DNA from: Anaeramoeba ignava BMAN
Lineage: Eukaryota > Protista > Anaeramoebae
Assembly (NCBI GenBank): GCA_028826165.1
Contig: JAPDFW010000073.1
Span: 186,001 to 250,000 of the forward strand
Reading direction: 5' to 3'
Length of the DNA stretch: 64,000 nucleotides
This document shows, one piece after another, positions 11,548 through 24,274 of the stretch (position 1 is the first letter of the stretch; every line of letters begins with the position of its first letter). The translations under genes and the position numbers were made by a program. A model generated the notes under the pieces. The model did no database searches, had not been told where the DNA came from, and saw only the letters and a list, made by a program, of their open reading frames with translations.

Positions 11548-14500
11548 TCATTTATAATAAATTCGGAAAACTGGAACTGGAAAAATTACTGATTCTTCTT
11601 TTTCTTCATTTAAATCTGTAAAAATATTGGGAAATATTTTTCGGAAATATTGAGTATCAAAAACAGAAAAAAAATCAATTTTTGGAGGAGAAACCAATAA
11701 TACTTTCTGAGAATATTTTTTCTTCTGAAAAATACCTCGATAATTTTTGAGAAATAATTTCGAATTTTTAACAGTAATTCCTTTTGAATTTGAATTTACA
11801 ATTTGTTGAATAAGATGAATAACTTCTGGTTGATTTTGTGGTTTTTTTTCAATTTCCATTAAAGAATTCAAAACAACTTTTTCAATTGGATACAAATAAT
11901 TTCTTTTTTTGATAAATTCTTTTGCTGGATCTGTTTCCAAAAAGCAATTTGCGGTTAAAATATTGCATTGTAAATAGAAGGAAAAAACATTTGCTAGTTC
12001 AACTTTTTTTCGAGATTCTGTCATTTTAACAACAGTTGTATTGTTTCCAGGTTTTACTGACATATTTAATTCGAGAATAATCTCATCATACACTTTCTTC
12101 AGTTCTTCCTCTGAATAGAATCTATATTCAGGTGAATTTATAAAAGATAAACCAGTTTTTGTTGTTAAAATTGTAGCAAAATTCCATTTTGAACTTGGAT
12201 TTTTGATTTGTCCTAAGTGATAATTTTCTAAAACCATTCTTTTCATTTTTTGTAATTTTTCTTGATAAGATGGAGATTTATCTTTCAAGTGAGGAACAAG
12301 ATCTTTACAAATATTACCCAATATTTTGATTGTGATTCCATTTTGATTTTGAATTTGATTTTGATTTTGATTTTGATTTTCAATTTCAATTTGATTTTGA
12401 TTTTCATTTTGATTTTGATTTTGATTTTGATTTTGATTTTGATTTTGATTTTGATTTTGATTTTGATTTTGATTTTGATTTTGATTTTGATTTTGATTTT
12501 GATTTTGATTTTGATTTTGATTTTCATTTTGATTTTGATTTTTGATTTTCATTTTGATTTTGATTTTGATTTTGATTTTGATTTTGATTTTGATTTTGAT
12601 TTTGATTTTGATTTTGATTTTGATTTTGATTTTGATTTTGATTTTGATTTTGATTTTGATTTTGATTTTGATTTTGATTTTCATTTTGATTTTCAATTTC
12701 AATTTGATTTTCATTTTGATTTAATTTTCGAATTTGTTGTTCATTTGGAAGCATATCTTTCAACTGAATATGCCGATTTACAAAATCAATTAAATAGGTA
12801 TTCCATTGAAAAAGTAAGATAAAACACCATTCTTCATTAACAGAAAAACCTTTATAAGCCTTTAATACTTGGAAAATTGAATTAGATAAAATGGAATATT
12901 TCTTTCTGATATTTTGAATCATAATCTGCACATCCAAAATTGTTTTTCGGGTGTTTCTTAATTGATTAATATGAGGATCATATTCTTTTACTTTGCTGAC
13001 AAACATTTCGTTATTCTGAAAAATTTTGCTGAGTTGAATATCGAAAAAACACTTCATTTCATTTTCTCTAATAACTGGAATAATTAGATTGATAAGATAT
13101 GTACGGAATTCAGGAAGAAAAATTTCAGGGTTGTTCATTTTGGCTAATATTTCCTTATTTCCTTGAAGAAAATCGAAAACAGATGATTGAGATGATGAGG
13201 AAATTTTTGGATTGAGTTTAACTTTCAATGCTAAATATTCAAACAATCTTTTTTTCAAGAGAAATTGGATTATTTTTTGGATTTGATTTTCTAAAAACTC
13301 GACAGAATCACTTGTATTTTCAATTAATTTGGGGCAATCCAAAAATTCTTTCACTTTGGGTTGATTTTTAATATTAGAATAGACAACTTTTTTTGTAAGT
13401 ATGGAAATTATCAATTCATCCTTAATAACCTTTAGATTTTCTTCTATTATTTTCAGGAATTTGTCCATATCTTCTTCACTTGATATTTCAAAATTCTTTT
13501 TTTCATTTTGAGAATCACTACACAATGATTTCTCATGTTCAGCAGCTATACTTTTCCAAGATGAATCCTGCTTGTCTTCTTCGCTATAAAGTTTGTCTTC
13601 AGTTTCGGATGGTGAATAGAATGAAGGATGATATGATTTTTTGATTTGCGAATAAGTGGTCAAACCTTCTATAAATGCTCTATCAGTACTTGGGTCAATA
13701 TCCTTGTTAAAATCAACATCAAATGGATTTGGTTCTTTTTCTTCAGAAATTTCATATGGCGTAATAATGTTATTTGGAATTGATTTCTTTTTTTTCTTTG
13801 ATTTGTTTTTGTTTGATTTTTTGGATTTCTTTTTTTTGCTTTTTGTTTTTGCTTTTGATCTTTTTTTTTCTTTCTTGGCTTTTTTCTTTCTTTTTTTGGA
13901 TTTTTGTTTTTTTGGTTTTGATTTCGATTTTTTGTAATTTTCATCATCATCACTTTTATATTCATTTTCATCATCAGTTTTATATTCATTTTCATCATCA
14001 GTTTTGTATTCATTTTCATCATCAGTTTTATATTCATTTTCATTTTCATCATCAGTTTTATATTCATTTTCATTTTCATTTTCATTTCCATTTGCTAATA
14101 TTTTTTCTTTAAAATTCTTTATAAAATTATCAATTGTTTGAACCAATAAATTATCTCGATGTTCTTTAACTAAAAAACTCTCATTTTCAATTAAACAAAG
14201 TTTAGCAACCGCAGCAATATTTTCAAAATGATTCTTTGTTAGTTTTGGGAAAAACTGATGAAGCTCTTCAGGAATTTGAGTGTTGATCTCAGCAAGATTT
14301 AATTTTGATTTTTTGCTTTTTCTGGGCAATTGATTTAATTCTTGTTTGAATTTTTGGATTCCATGAATAATGAACAAAGAATATATTTTAGATGATTTTG
14401 CAAATTGATTTAAATCTTTTATAAGAGAACATTTGGATATAAAAAAATTCAATAATTTCTTTCTTAATAATCTTCTATAAAGTGTAACTGCATTTTTGAA

Positions 14501-17065
14501 ATGATTGCTCAAATTATCGTATTGTTGAAGTTTTAAATTTTCGAAGAAATTTTGCAAAAATTTTGTGAGGGATTTGTTATGAGAAAATCTTAAAGTCATG
14601 CTATTGAGTTCCTTTTTCCGAATTCTATTTATATCGTTAATAATCATTTGGGATAAAATTGGAACTGAAAAATTAACTTGTCCGCAAATCCATGAAAATG
14701 CGCGGTTTTTAATAGCATCAGAACAATTTACTTGTCGAGAGAATGGTAGATATGGATATCCTTGTTGAAGTAAATTCGAATGTAATTTAACAGATTTTGG
14801 AAAATATTTTGGGAGAGTAATTGATCCATAAACATCTTCCATTTTTGCAAGAAGATCTCCTATTGAAAATAGAGTCATAGGATTTAAAAAGGCGCCGTAT
14901 GGATTTGGTCTTGTGATTTTATCTATATCAGAAAGGTCTCCATCATCTTTTAAATTTTAATTTTATAAATGAATTTTAATTTTAATTTTATAAATGAATT
15001 TTAATTTTAATTTTATAAATGAATTTTAATTTTAATTTTAATTTTATAAATGAATTTTAATTTTAATTTTATAAATGAATTTTAATTTTAATTTTAATTT
15101 TATAAATGAATTTTAATTTTAATTTCATAAATGAATTTTAATTTTAATTTTAATTTTATAAATGAATTTTGATTTTAATTTTATAAATGAATTTTAATTT
15201 TAATTTTATAAATGAATTTTAATTTTATAAATGAATTTTAATTTTATAAATGAATTTTAATTTTATAAATGAATTTTAATTTTAATTTCATAAATGAATT
15301 TTAATTTTAATTTCATAAATGAATTTTAATTTTAATTTCATAAATGAATTTTAATTTTATAAATGAATTTTAATTTACAAAGTTGAAATCTTGATAAAGA
15401 CTCTGTTTTGGTTACTCTATTCTCTTCATCTAAAACATCTTCATAACATCTTCGACAAAGAAATCCACCAAAAGAAGAACGAAGAGTTCGAGAACTTTTA
15501 CAAAAATAACATTGATGTTTCTTTCTATATTCAAAAACTTTCCGATATGATCCAAATTTTTTGAATAGCCTTTCATTTGTAGCAATAGTGAATCTTGAAT
15601 TGCAAATTGATTTCCATAATAAATCATCATTTGCACATGATCTCCATTTTTGACAAGTTGCTGAACAATAAATTAATTTTCTTAAATCCAAATGTCGGAA
15701 AATAAGCACAAATATTTCTCCTGGAAAAATATCATCAGGAAAAGGTTGTGAAACATAATTTTGATATGCAATCACACGTTGCGCAAGTTCGCGCTTTGTT
15801 CCTATTAATGATTCCTTATGTTTCCAACACTGTTTGCGAATTTGTGATAAAGATTGTGTGTGAGTTGAAAGAATTTCACAAATTTCATTCTTGCGTAATG
15901 TTTGATATGGAAAATCGTAAAATTGGCAAATTGATTTGAGTTCTTTTACTGTGCTCTTCCCAATTTCTTTTGTTGTTAGAAATCGTGATCCAATTTGTGG
16001 AGAGTATTTGAAAGATTTTTTTTCAAAATATTCATATTCTTCATAACCTTGATTAGAAGTTTCAAAAAAATTTATTAGAAATCCTATCATTAATAATCTT
16101 TCAAAAATAGGAACTTCTTGATTTTGATTCCCTTTTCCTTTTCCTTTTCCTTTTCCTTTGCTTTTATTAGATTTTTCATTTGTATTTTCATTTGTATTTT
16201 CATTTGTATTTTCCTTTGTATTTTCCTTTTCTTCATCAACAAATAAATAATTATTTGAATAATCTAATGATAAAAACTTTAAACTTTCCAATTCCTTCTT
16301 GTTATTTGTTTTTCTCTTCTCTTCCTCTAATTGTTTGTAAATATCAATTTTATATCGTTGGCATATTTGCTTTAATTCCTCAGAATTCATTTTATTCATT
16401 TCATCAATTACTGCTTGAATCCAAATTTTTTCTTTTGAATCAATTCGAATCAATATGATAGATTTTTCACTTATAAATAAATCCAACAAACCAATTGCAT
16501 TTTGGGGTTTTAAAGGGTTTTTTGAATCAGTTTCTTCTTCATTTTTCTCACTCTGAACAATATTCAAAAAAATATCTTCTTGATTATCCTCTTGTTCTTT
16601 GTCTTCTAATGTAATTGAATTTTGTTGATTTTGATTTTTTGAATCACTTGAATCATTTGAATCATTTGAATCATTTGAATCATTTTGATTTTTTGAATCA
16701 TTTGAATCATTTTGATTTTTTGAATCATTTTGATTTTTTGAATAATTTTGATTTTTTGAATCATTTGAATCATTTGAATCATTTGAATCATTTGAATCAT
16801 TTGAATCATTTGAATCATTTGAATCACTTAAATCACTTAAATCGCTTGAATCACTTGATTCATCATAATGATGAAAACCATAACTATCAGAACTATCATC
16901 GCTATCAAAGAAACTGTGATATCTTCTATATCGAGAATACCGATGATATCTTGGAAATGCATCATATCTTCTTTCATCACTTTCTGAAGAATCTGAATCG
17001 CTTGAAGTTTTTGTTGAAGAATCTTCATCCATAAAAACATCTTTTTGTGTAACTGAAAAATTCAT
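11548..17065 (-). CDS. Large protein with SAP-like motifs, F-box, XPA-like C4 zinc finger and XPA_C-like domain, low-complexity tracts; exons 17065-15379 and 14946-11548, one extra base near 12540; ~1,690 aa if corrected
   Basis: F-box FPGEIFVLIFRHLDLRKLIYCSATCQKWRSCANDDLLWK; CYFC..CRRC; splicing intron 15378-14947 gives VTKTESLSRFQLYDGDLSDIDKITRPNPYGAFLNPMTLF..EDVYGS; total length minus 1 nt is divisible by 3. Confidence 0.75.
12340..12725. repeat. (AATCAA)n on the minus strand, coding a poly-NQ tract
   Basis: Direct reading; no GT donor at its start on the coding strand. Confidence 0.9.
14950..15375. repeat. AAAATT / AAAATTCATTTATA array in the F-box gene intron
   Basis: Direct reading. 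Confidence 0.9.
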
Positions 17066-17189
17066 TTGAAAAAAAATTAAAAAAAAATGAAAAAATGAAA
17101 AGAAAAAAAATGAAATTTTAAATTTGAAAAAAAAAATAAAATTAAAATTAAAAAAAAACTTTTTGGATTGATTTTTGTTCTCTTTTTCA

Positions 17190-17720
17190 AATAAATCTTC
17201 AAATAATTTTTTAAATAATTTTTCAAATAATTTTTAAATAATTTTTAAATAATTTTTAAATAATTTTTTAAATAATTTTTCAAATAATTTTTCAAATAAT
17301 TTTTTAAATAATTTCTTTAATAATTTTTCAAATAATTTTTTTAATAATTTCTCAAATAATTTTTCAAATAATTTTTTTAATAGATTTTTAAATAATTTTT
17401 CAAATAATTTTTTAAATAATTTTTCAAATAATTTTTAAATAATTTTTCAAATAATTTCTCAAATAATTTCTTTAATAATTTTTTTAATAGATTTTTAATA
17501 ATTTTTCAAATAATTTTTCAAATAATTTTTCAAATAATTTCTCAAATAATTTCTCAAATAATCTTCAAATAATTTTTTTAATAATTTTTTTAATAATTTT
17601 TCAAATAATTTTTTAAATAAATTTTTAAATAATTTTTTAAATAATTTTTAATAATTTTTCAAATAATTTTTTAAATAATTTTTAATAATTTTTCAAATAA
17701 TTTTTTAAATAAATTTTTCA
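17190..17720. repeat. Intergenic 12-13 bp array (AAATAATTTTTC)n
   Basis: Direct reading. Confidence 0.9.
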
Positions 17721-17757
17721 AATAAATCTTTTTTTTTGTTTGTTTTTTTGTTTGTTT

Positions 17758-20700
17758 TTAAATAGGAAGTATTTTAAAAGAAAGTTCCCACATTTCATCT
17801 TCAGTTGGAATTGGATCACGAACCAAAAAATTTTGAATAATATCAACTTTAACAAATTTATAACGAATTCCTTGAAATTCTTTAATTTTTTTAATAACAT
17901 TAAAAATTCTTCTTCTTTTAGCCCAATTAATTAAATTATTTTCAATACGACTAGGTAATTCTTCAATATTTGTAAGATCTGTAAGATACACACCAAGATA
18001 AGGAATTGCTGGAAGATTTGCATTTGCAAAAGCTTCTCTTAATTTTTTATATCCATTAATTGCATTTGTTAAATCATCAAGAATTTTGAATTGTTCAACA
18101 ACCTTTTTAGGAACAGCTTTCCATGTTTCTTCTAGTCTATCAACAGCTGAATTTTGCATTCCTGATACAAATGCCATTACATCATTGAAATTATTCATTT
18201 GATATAAACTTTCTGTTATTGAAACAAGTCGAATTATTTTTTTCACTCGCATTTTTTGTGATGTTTCTTTTAATATTTGAACAGAAACCCAATCTGCAAG
18301 ATCGTTAAATCTTGATATCATATTCATCACATTTGGACTTATTTCTCTTTTATTTCTTTTTGTCCATGAATTGTTGAGTAATTCTTTTGTGTGTATTCTC
18401 TGGAATAAATCATGTGTTGTTAAACATATTTGTCTTGCTAATTCAATATCTGATATTTGGAAAATATCCAAGTTTTGCAAGTCTTTTGATTTGGGCATTT
18501 TTGGTGATGGTATTATGTAATTTGGATTGAAAGTTACTCTTGTTTTCCCTCCGTTTTCTGCTCCATTTTTATTATTTTCTTTTGCTTTTTTTGATTTTTT
18601 AGGTGCACAACATCCTTGTGTTTCTGTATCTGTATCTATATATATTTCCAGTTCGGGTTCTATATTTGGTTTTGGTGTTTTTATTTGTGTTGGTGTTTCT
18701 TTTGGTTTGTTTTCGTTATCATCTTTTTTTGTTGTAATATCTTTGTTTTGTGGATTATTTTGTTGTGGTTCTGTTAGTTCTCCTCTCATTGCTTTTAATT
18801 CTTTTTGTATTGATTCAAAAGTCATCCAAACAGATCTTCTTCTGATTTGTTTTTTATCAGATAGCATATCAATTATTTCCTCTCCTTTTTTCTTGATTTG
18901 TGGATCTGAATGGATTACCAAACTATTTTGTGCAAAATTTTTGATCATTGATTTGATTTCTTGTGGAAGATGTTGTGGATTGAATTCAAGAATTCTGAAA
19001 ATCAAATCAACAACTGTAGTTTGTATTGTTTTTCTTTGTTCCAAATCAATTTCTGTTTTTGTAAATGGATGATGTGCTGGTACATTAAATCTAACCAGAA
19101 TTTTTTGCATAAATAAAACTTCATCTGTAATATTTGGAAGAAGTTCCAAAAATAAATCAATAAATGCTAATGAATATCCTTCTTGTGATGTTAATATTTC
19201 AATAGATTTATTCAAACTGGCTCCTCTTATTCTTTCATAAAGTAGTGCATTTTCAGCAACATTGTCATTGTTTTCCCAAACAATATTTGAAATTCCATAA
19301 GCAATTTCTTCCCACAAATCCATTGTATCACTAACTTTATCAATATTTTCTTGTCGAAAAACTGGATCCAATATATTTTGCATATCTTTATTATCTTTGG
19401 ATGATTCTCTTCTTGAATGCCGTCTAATTTCATTTGGTTTTTCAATATTTGTTTGTTGTGTATTTTGATCTTGTGTTTGATTTTCTAAATTTGTATTTTC
19501 ATTTGTATTTTCATTTATATTTGATTGAATATTTTCTATTTTATCATTTTCATTAATTTCAAGTTCAGATTCATCTTGAGCTTGATTTCCTTTATCAAAA
19601 TGAACTTCAACAGTTGGAATAATTTTTAAAACTGATCCTTTTTTAATTCCTTGGAAAGAAAACGCTAAATCTTCATCCAATTTAATTAAATCAGTGATTT
19701 GAGCATCTTTATGTTTTTTTTCATTTATATTTTCTTTTTGATTCAAATCAATTTCAAGATCTGATTCTTGATAAATAACATGATATAATACATAATTAAG
19801 ACCTTTTTTAAGTTGATAAATTCTTGAAAATTCATAAATGAAAACTTTCACATTAACAGTGAAATCGATAATAATTTCAACTTCTTCATCTGAAATTTTT
19901 TTATTAGTAATTTCATCATATCTTGGATAAATTAAATTAATTGTTGCAGGTCTTTGTTGGAATTTAATAAACATATATCCTGAAGTCTATTTAATTTTAT
20001 TTTAAATTTAATTTTAAATTTTATTATAAATTTTATTTTAAATTTTATTTTAAATTTAATTTTAAATTTTATTTTAAATTTTATTATAAATTTTATTATA
20101 AATTTTATTTTAAATTTTATTATAAATTTTATTATAAATTTTATTTTAAATTTTATTTTAAATTTTATTTTAAATTTTATTATAAATTTTATTTTAAATT
20201 TTATTTAAATTTTATTATAAATTTTATTTTAAATTTTATTTTAAATTTTATTTTAAATTTTATTTTAAATTTTATTATAAATTTTATTTTAAATTTTATT
20301 ATAAATTTTATTTTAAATTTAATTTTAAATTTTATTATAAATTTTATTATAAATTTAATTATAAATTTAATTTTAAATTTTATTATAAATTTTATTTTAA
20401 ATTTAATTATAAATTTTATTATAAATTTTATTATAAATTCTTACAAAATTTCGAGAAATATAAGCAGAAAGTTTTCTATTATTTCCTGGAATTACCCAAA
20501 TTCCAAATGCATTTTCACTATTTTTTGTTGGATATAACTTTCCAAAATGAAAATTATCATTAGTAGGAACAAAAGAAACTTGATGAGCTTCAACAGAAGA
20601 TTCAACTCCACTTGTTACTGTTGATTCAAGAAAATGTGAATTATCTCTTGGTAACTTAAGTAATAATCCATATTCTTCTTTTGGAACATTCAATTCAGCA

Positions 20701-23288
20701 CACAAATGCTTCAATACAGTTGAAATTAATGCATCTGTTGGTATTGTTCTCCATCTTGGTGTTAAATCCTTTGGATTTGGTGGGAGAATTACATCAATCT
20801 CATTTGGTGGTTTTTTAAGAATTTGAAGTTTTTTATTCTTATAATTTGATATTAATGAATTTTGAGAAATAAAATCTCCATCAAAATCTAAATAATTTTC
20901 TTGTTTATCTTCTACAGAAAAATCTAATTCATTTTGATTTTGATTTTGATTTTGATTTTGAATTTGAATTTGATTTTCGTTTTGATTTTGATTTTGATTT
21001 TGATTTTGATTTATTTGACTTCTTGGCCATTCTCCATCTTCAAAACTTGCAAAAATTCCATATTCATTTGGTTTTCCTTGATATTTTTCTGCACATGAAA
21101 TGATAATATCTTGAACTATTAAATCTTCTTTTAATTCAAATGATTCATAAATTCCATGAGGTAATTTTATCCAAATTAAATTTGTTGGAGGTTTATCATG
21201 AATTGGTGTATTTTGATTTTGTATTTCTTGATTAGTTTCATTATTTATTTTTTTTGGTTCTTCAATAATTGAATTCTATTTATTTTTAATTAATTAATTA
21301 ATTAAATAATAAATATTTTTTCTTTTCTTTTCTTTTTTAATTAATTAGAAATTACTTGATAACTTTTCTCAAATAAAGAAAAATTAAAATCATAATCTTC
21401 AAGATCATTTTTAATTTCTTCATTAAGTGATAAGAAATATTCATGGAAATCTTCAATTAAACTATGATCAACTTTAGGAATTTGTGGATGGGTTTGAATG
21501 CAATTAATAATTTGACCAAATAAAACTATTGAATTCAATAAAGTATCTTCAGGAATTTCTTTATTCTTTAATAAAAAGAGAATTAGTTTCAAATCAAAAG
21601 TATCTGATAATTCGGTTATTTGTAATTGTGGAGGATCATCATCATTATAATAAGAAACAAGAATATCAAATAAAAGAATTGGAATAATAATTGGGATAAT
21701 TATATTTTCAATATTAAGTGTAAGTAAAGCAGGATCAGATTGTGAAGCAAGTTCAGAAAAGAAAATGGAGTTTTTTGTTAAATTGATTAAAGTTTTTAAA
21801 ACTGAATGATGATAAATTTTCAAGTCTTTTTCTGTATCTTCAATTTCACTATTAAATTTAAATTAAAACATTTTAAATAATTTAACAAAATAATTAAAAT
21901 ATAAAATAATTTTTTTTTATACTCATTTGATGATTCTTGAATTATAAATGGTGATCTGGGAAGTGTTGATAAAACACTAAATAATAATGCAATTCCTTTG
22001 ATTCCAATTAATGTTTTAATATCTTTTAAAGTTTCTTGACTAAAAAATGATTCCATTTTTTGATTCATTCTCATCCAAATCATCACTTTATCACTTGAAA
22101 TTTCGGATTTTTCAGAAAGAATAGGTGAATCAAATGGATTTTGTTTTCTTGAATAAATTTCAACATCAGTTTGTAAAAATTGATTTTCATTTTCATTTTC
22201 GTTCCCATTTCCACTTAGAAAATAATTTGGTGAATTAAAACGATTTTGAGATAAATTGTCTCCAAAACTCGACATAGTTCTATCATTTGGATTAATTTGA
22301 TTGGGAAATCTTGAGAAAATTGTTCTTGTTTGATATCTTGGACTTAATAAGTAATTGGTTTGTGTTTTTTGATTTAAAGAAAGAGTAGAAAATCCATGAT
22401 CAGTATAATAATTAGCAGAATCATAATCATCATAATCCTCATTATCTTCATCTTTAGATTCATCTTTATATAATTGAATCATTTTCCATTTCTTTTCCAA
22501 ACTCATTTCATTAATTTTATCCCTTTTTTTTGGGTCAATTCTATTAAATAAATAAAATTTTTTTTTTCAGTTTTTTTTTTTAAAATAAAAAAAATTTTTA
22601 AAATTATAAATTACTTTTGTTCATCTAATATTTTAGATAATTCACTTTCAATTTGTTGTTGTGATAATTCATTTATTGATTGTTGATTAATTCTGTTTGA
22701 AGTTTTTAAAGAAAGAGAAGAGCGTTTATGTTTAGGATCAAGAATATTAGATAATTTGGGTTTATCTTTGTTTTTCTGTTTGATTTTTTGAGGTGTTTTT
22801 GGTTTTTGATATTCATCATAAGAAATTTTTCGAGTAAAATCTTCAAGTTTTGGGTTTTTAATTTCTGTTTCTTGAGGCGATTGAATTTTTAAAAAGTTTT
22901 TTCTTCTTTGTTGATAATGTTTTCTATTTGATTTCACTTCAAAATTTTTGCGAATTTCTAACATAACATTATTTAAATCTTGTTGTTTTAACTGTTTTTA
23001 AAGAAAAAAAAATTTTTTTTAATAATTAAATTTATAATTTATAATTTATAATTTATAATTTATAATAAGAAAAAATTTTTAATTTCGAAAATTTAACGAT
23101 CTAAATTATTGAAAATTCTTTTTTGTTTTTTTTCTCTTATATTTAAATTAATAATTTTTGATCATATTTTTTTTTGATTTAAAATAAACCTTTTGTGGTG
23201 ATATAAAAGAAGAATGATGTAATTTATCATAAGAAATTGAGAAAGAACGTTTAGGTTTTCTTCTTTGAATTTTAATTTGTTTACTCAT
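17758..23288 (-). CDS. Multidomain RasGEF: formin GBD-like N-terminus, three ubiquitin-like/FERM-F0-like units, REM, CDC25; exons 23288-23190, 22991-22615, 22540-21923, 21848-21356, 21275-20445, 19986-17758; ~1,548 aa
   Basis: CDC25 motifs ELARQICL, ISRFNDLADWV, MNNFNDVMAFVSGMQNSAVDRLEETW, PAIPYLGVYLTDL, INWAKRR; REM IRGASLNKSIE.LT; all junctions GT-AG, total 4647 nt in frame. Confidence 0.88.
19990..20440. repeat. 12-bp array (TTTTAAATTTTA / TTATAAATTTTA) in RasGEF intron 5 (19987-20444)
   Basis: Direct reading. Confidence 0.9.
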
Positions 23289-23693
23289 TTTTTTAATTTA
23301 ATTTAATTTAAAAAAGAATAAAAAAGAATAAAAAAAGAGAAAAGGGATTCTTTTTAGGAACGTTGAATAATTTTAAATTAAAATAATAATAAAGAGAAAA
23401 GATCAATATTTAAAAAAAAGAATAAAAAAGAATAAAAAAAAAGAAAAAATGAAAAAAAAAAATCAATTAAAAAAAAAATAAATAAAAAATAAATTATTCT
23501 CCTTTTTTAATTTAAAATTTTTTTTTTCTCCTTTTTTTTAAATTTAATTTTTTTACTTTATTTTTTTAATATAAATTTTAATTTTAAATTATAGAAAAAT
23601 AATAAAAATATATTTTAAATATTTTTTTAAAATGAACTTTAATTAAATTCTTTTTTAAAAAAACAATATAAAATAAATAATAAAAAATTTTTT

Positions 23694-23999
23694 TTAATCT
23701 TCTTTTGATTTTTTAAATGCTTTTAATTCTTCAAATTCCTGAATAAATTTTGATAATAATATTTGGAAAGTAATTTTATTGTTTTCATTTTCATTTTCTT
23801 TAATAATTGATTGAAGATTTGGAGAAGTATTTAAAATTTTTTGAATTGAATCTTTAATTAAATTATTTAATAAAATAACTTCATTAATTAATAGAATTTG
23901 TTCATTTTTCTTTTTTTTAAAAGTTTTTCTACAAATTTCTGAAAATTGAAGGAAAGTTTCTTTTAATTTAATTATTTGGTCTTCATTTATTTTTTCCAT
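23694..23999 (-). CDS. Hypothetical small helical protein, 101 aa
   Basis: ATG-started ORF with codon style like neighbouring genes, flanked by poly-A/T spacers; no recognised domain. Confidence 0.45.
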   Translation of the reverse strand: MEKINEDQIIKLKETFLQFSEICRKTFKKKKNEQILLINEVILLNNLIKDSIQKILNTSPNLQSIIKENENENNKITFQILLSKFIQEFEELKAFKKSKED

Positions 24000-24274
24000 T
24001 TATTTTTTAATTATAAAAAAAAGAATGAAAATTAAAATTCTTTTTTAATTGATCTTTTTTCTTTTTTCTTTTTTATTTTTTTTTTTTATTATTTTTATGT
24101 GGCAATTAATCCTTTTTGCCCACTTTAAAAAAAAATTAAATTAAAAAGAAAATTAAAAAGAAAAAAAAATTTTTATTTTTCATTTTTTTCATTCATTCAT
24201 TCATTTAAATTACTTTCTTTTTTAATCATTCATTGTTTTTTTTTTTTTAATTTTCTTTTCTTGTTTTTTTTTAT

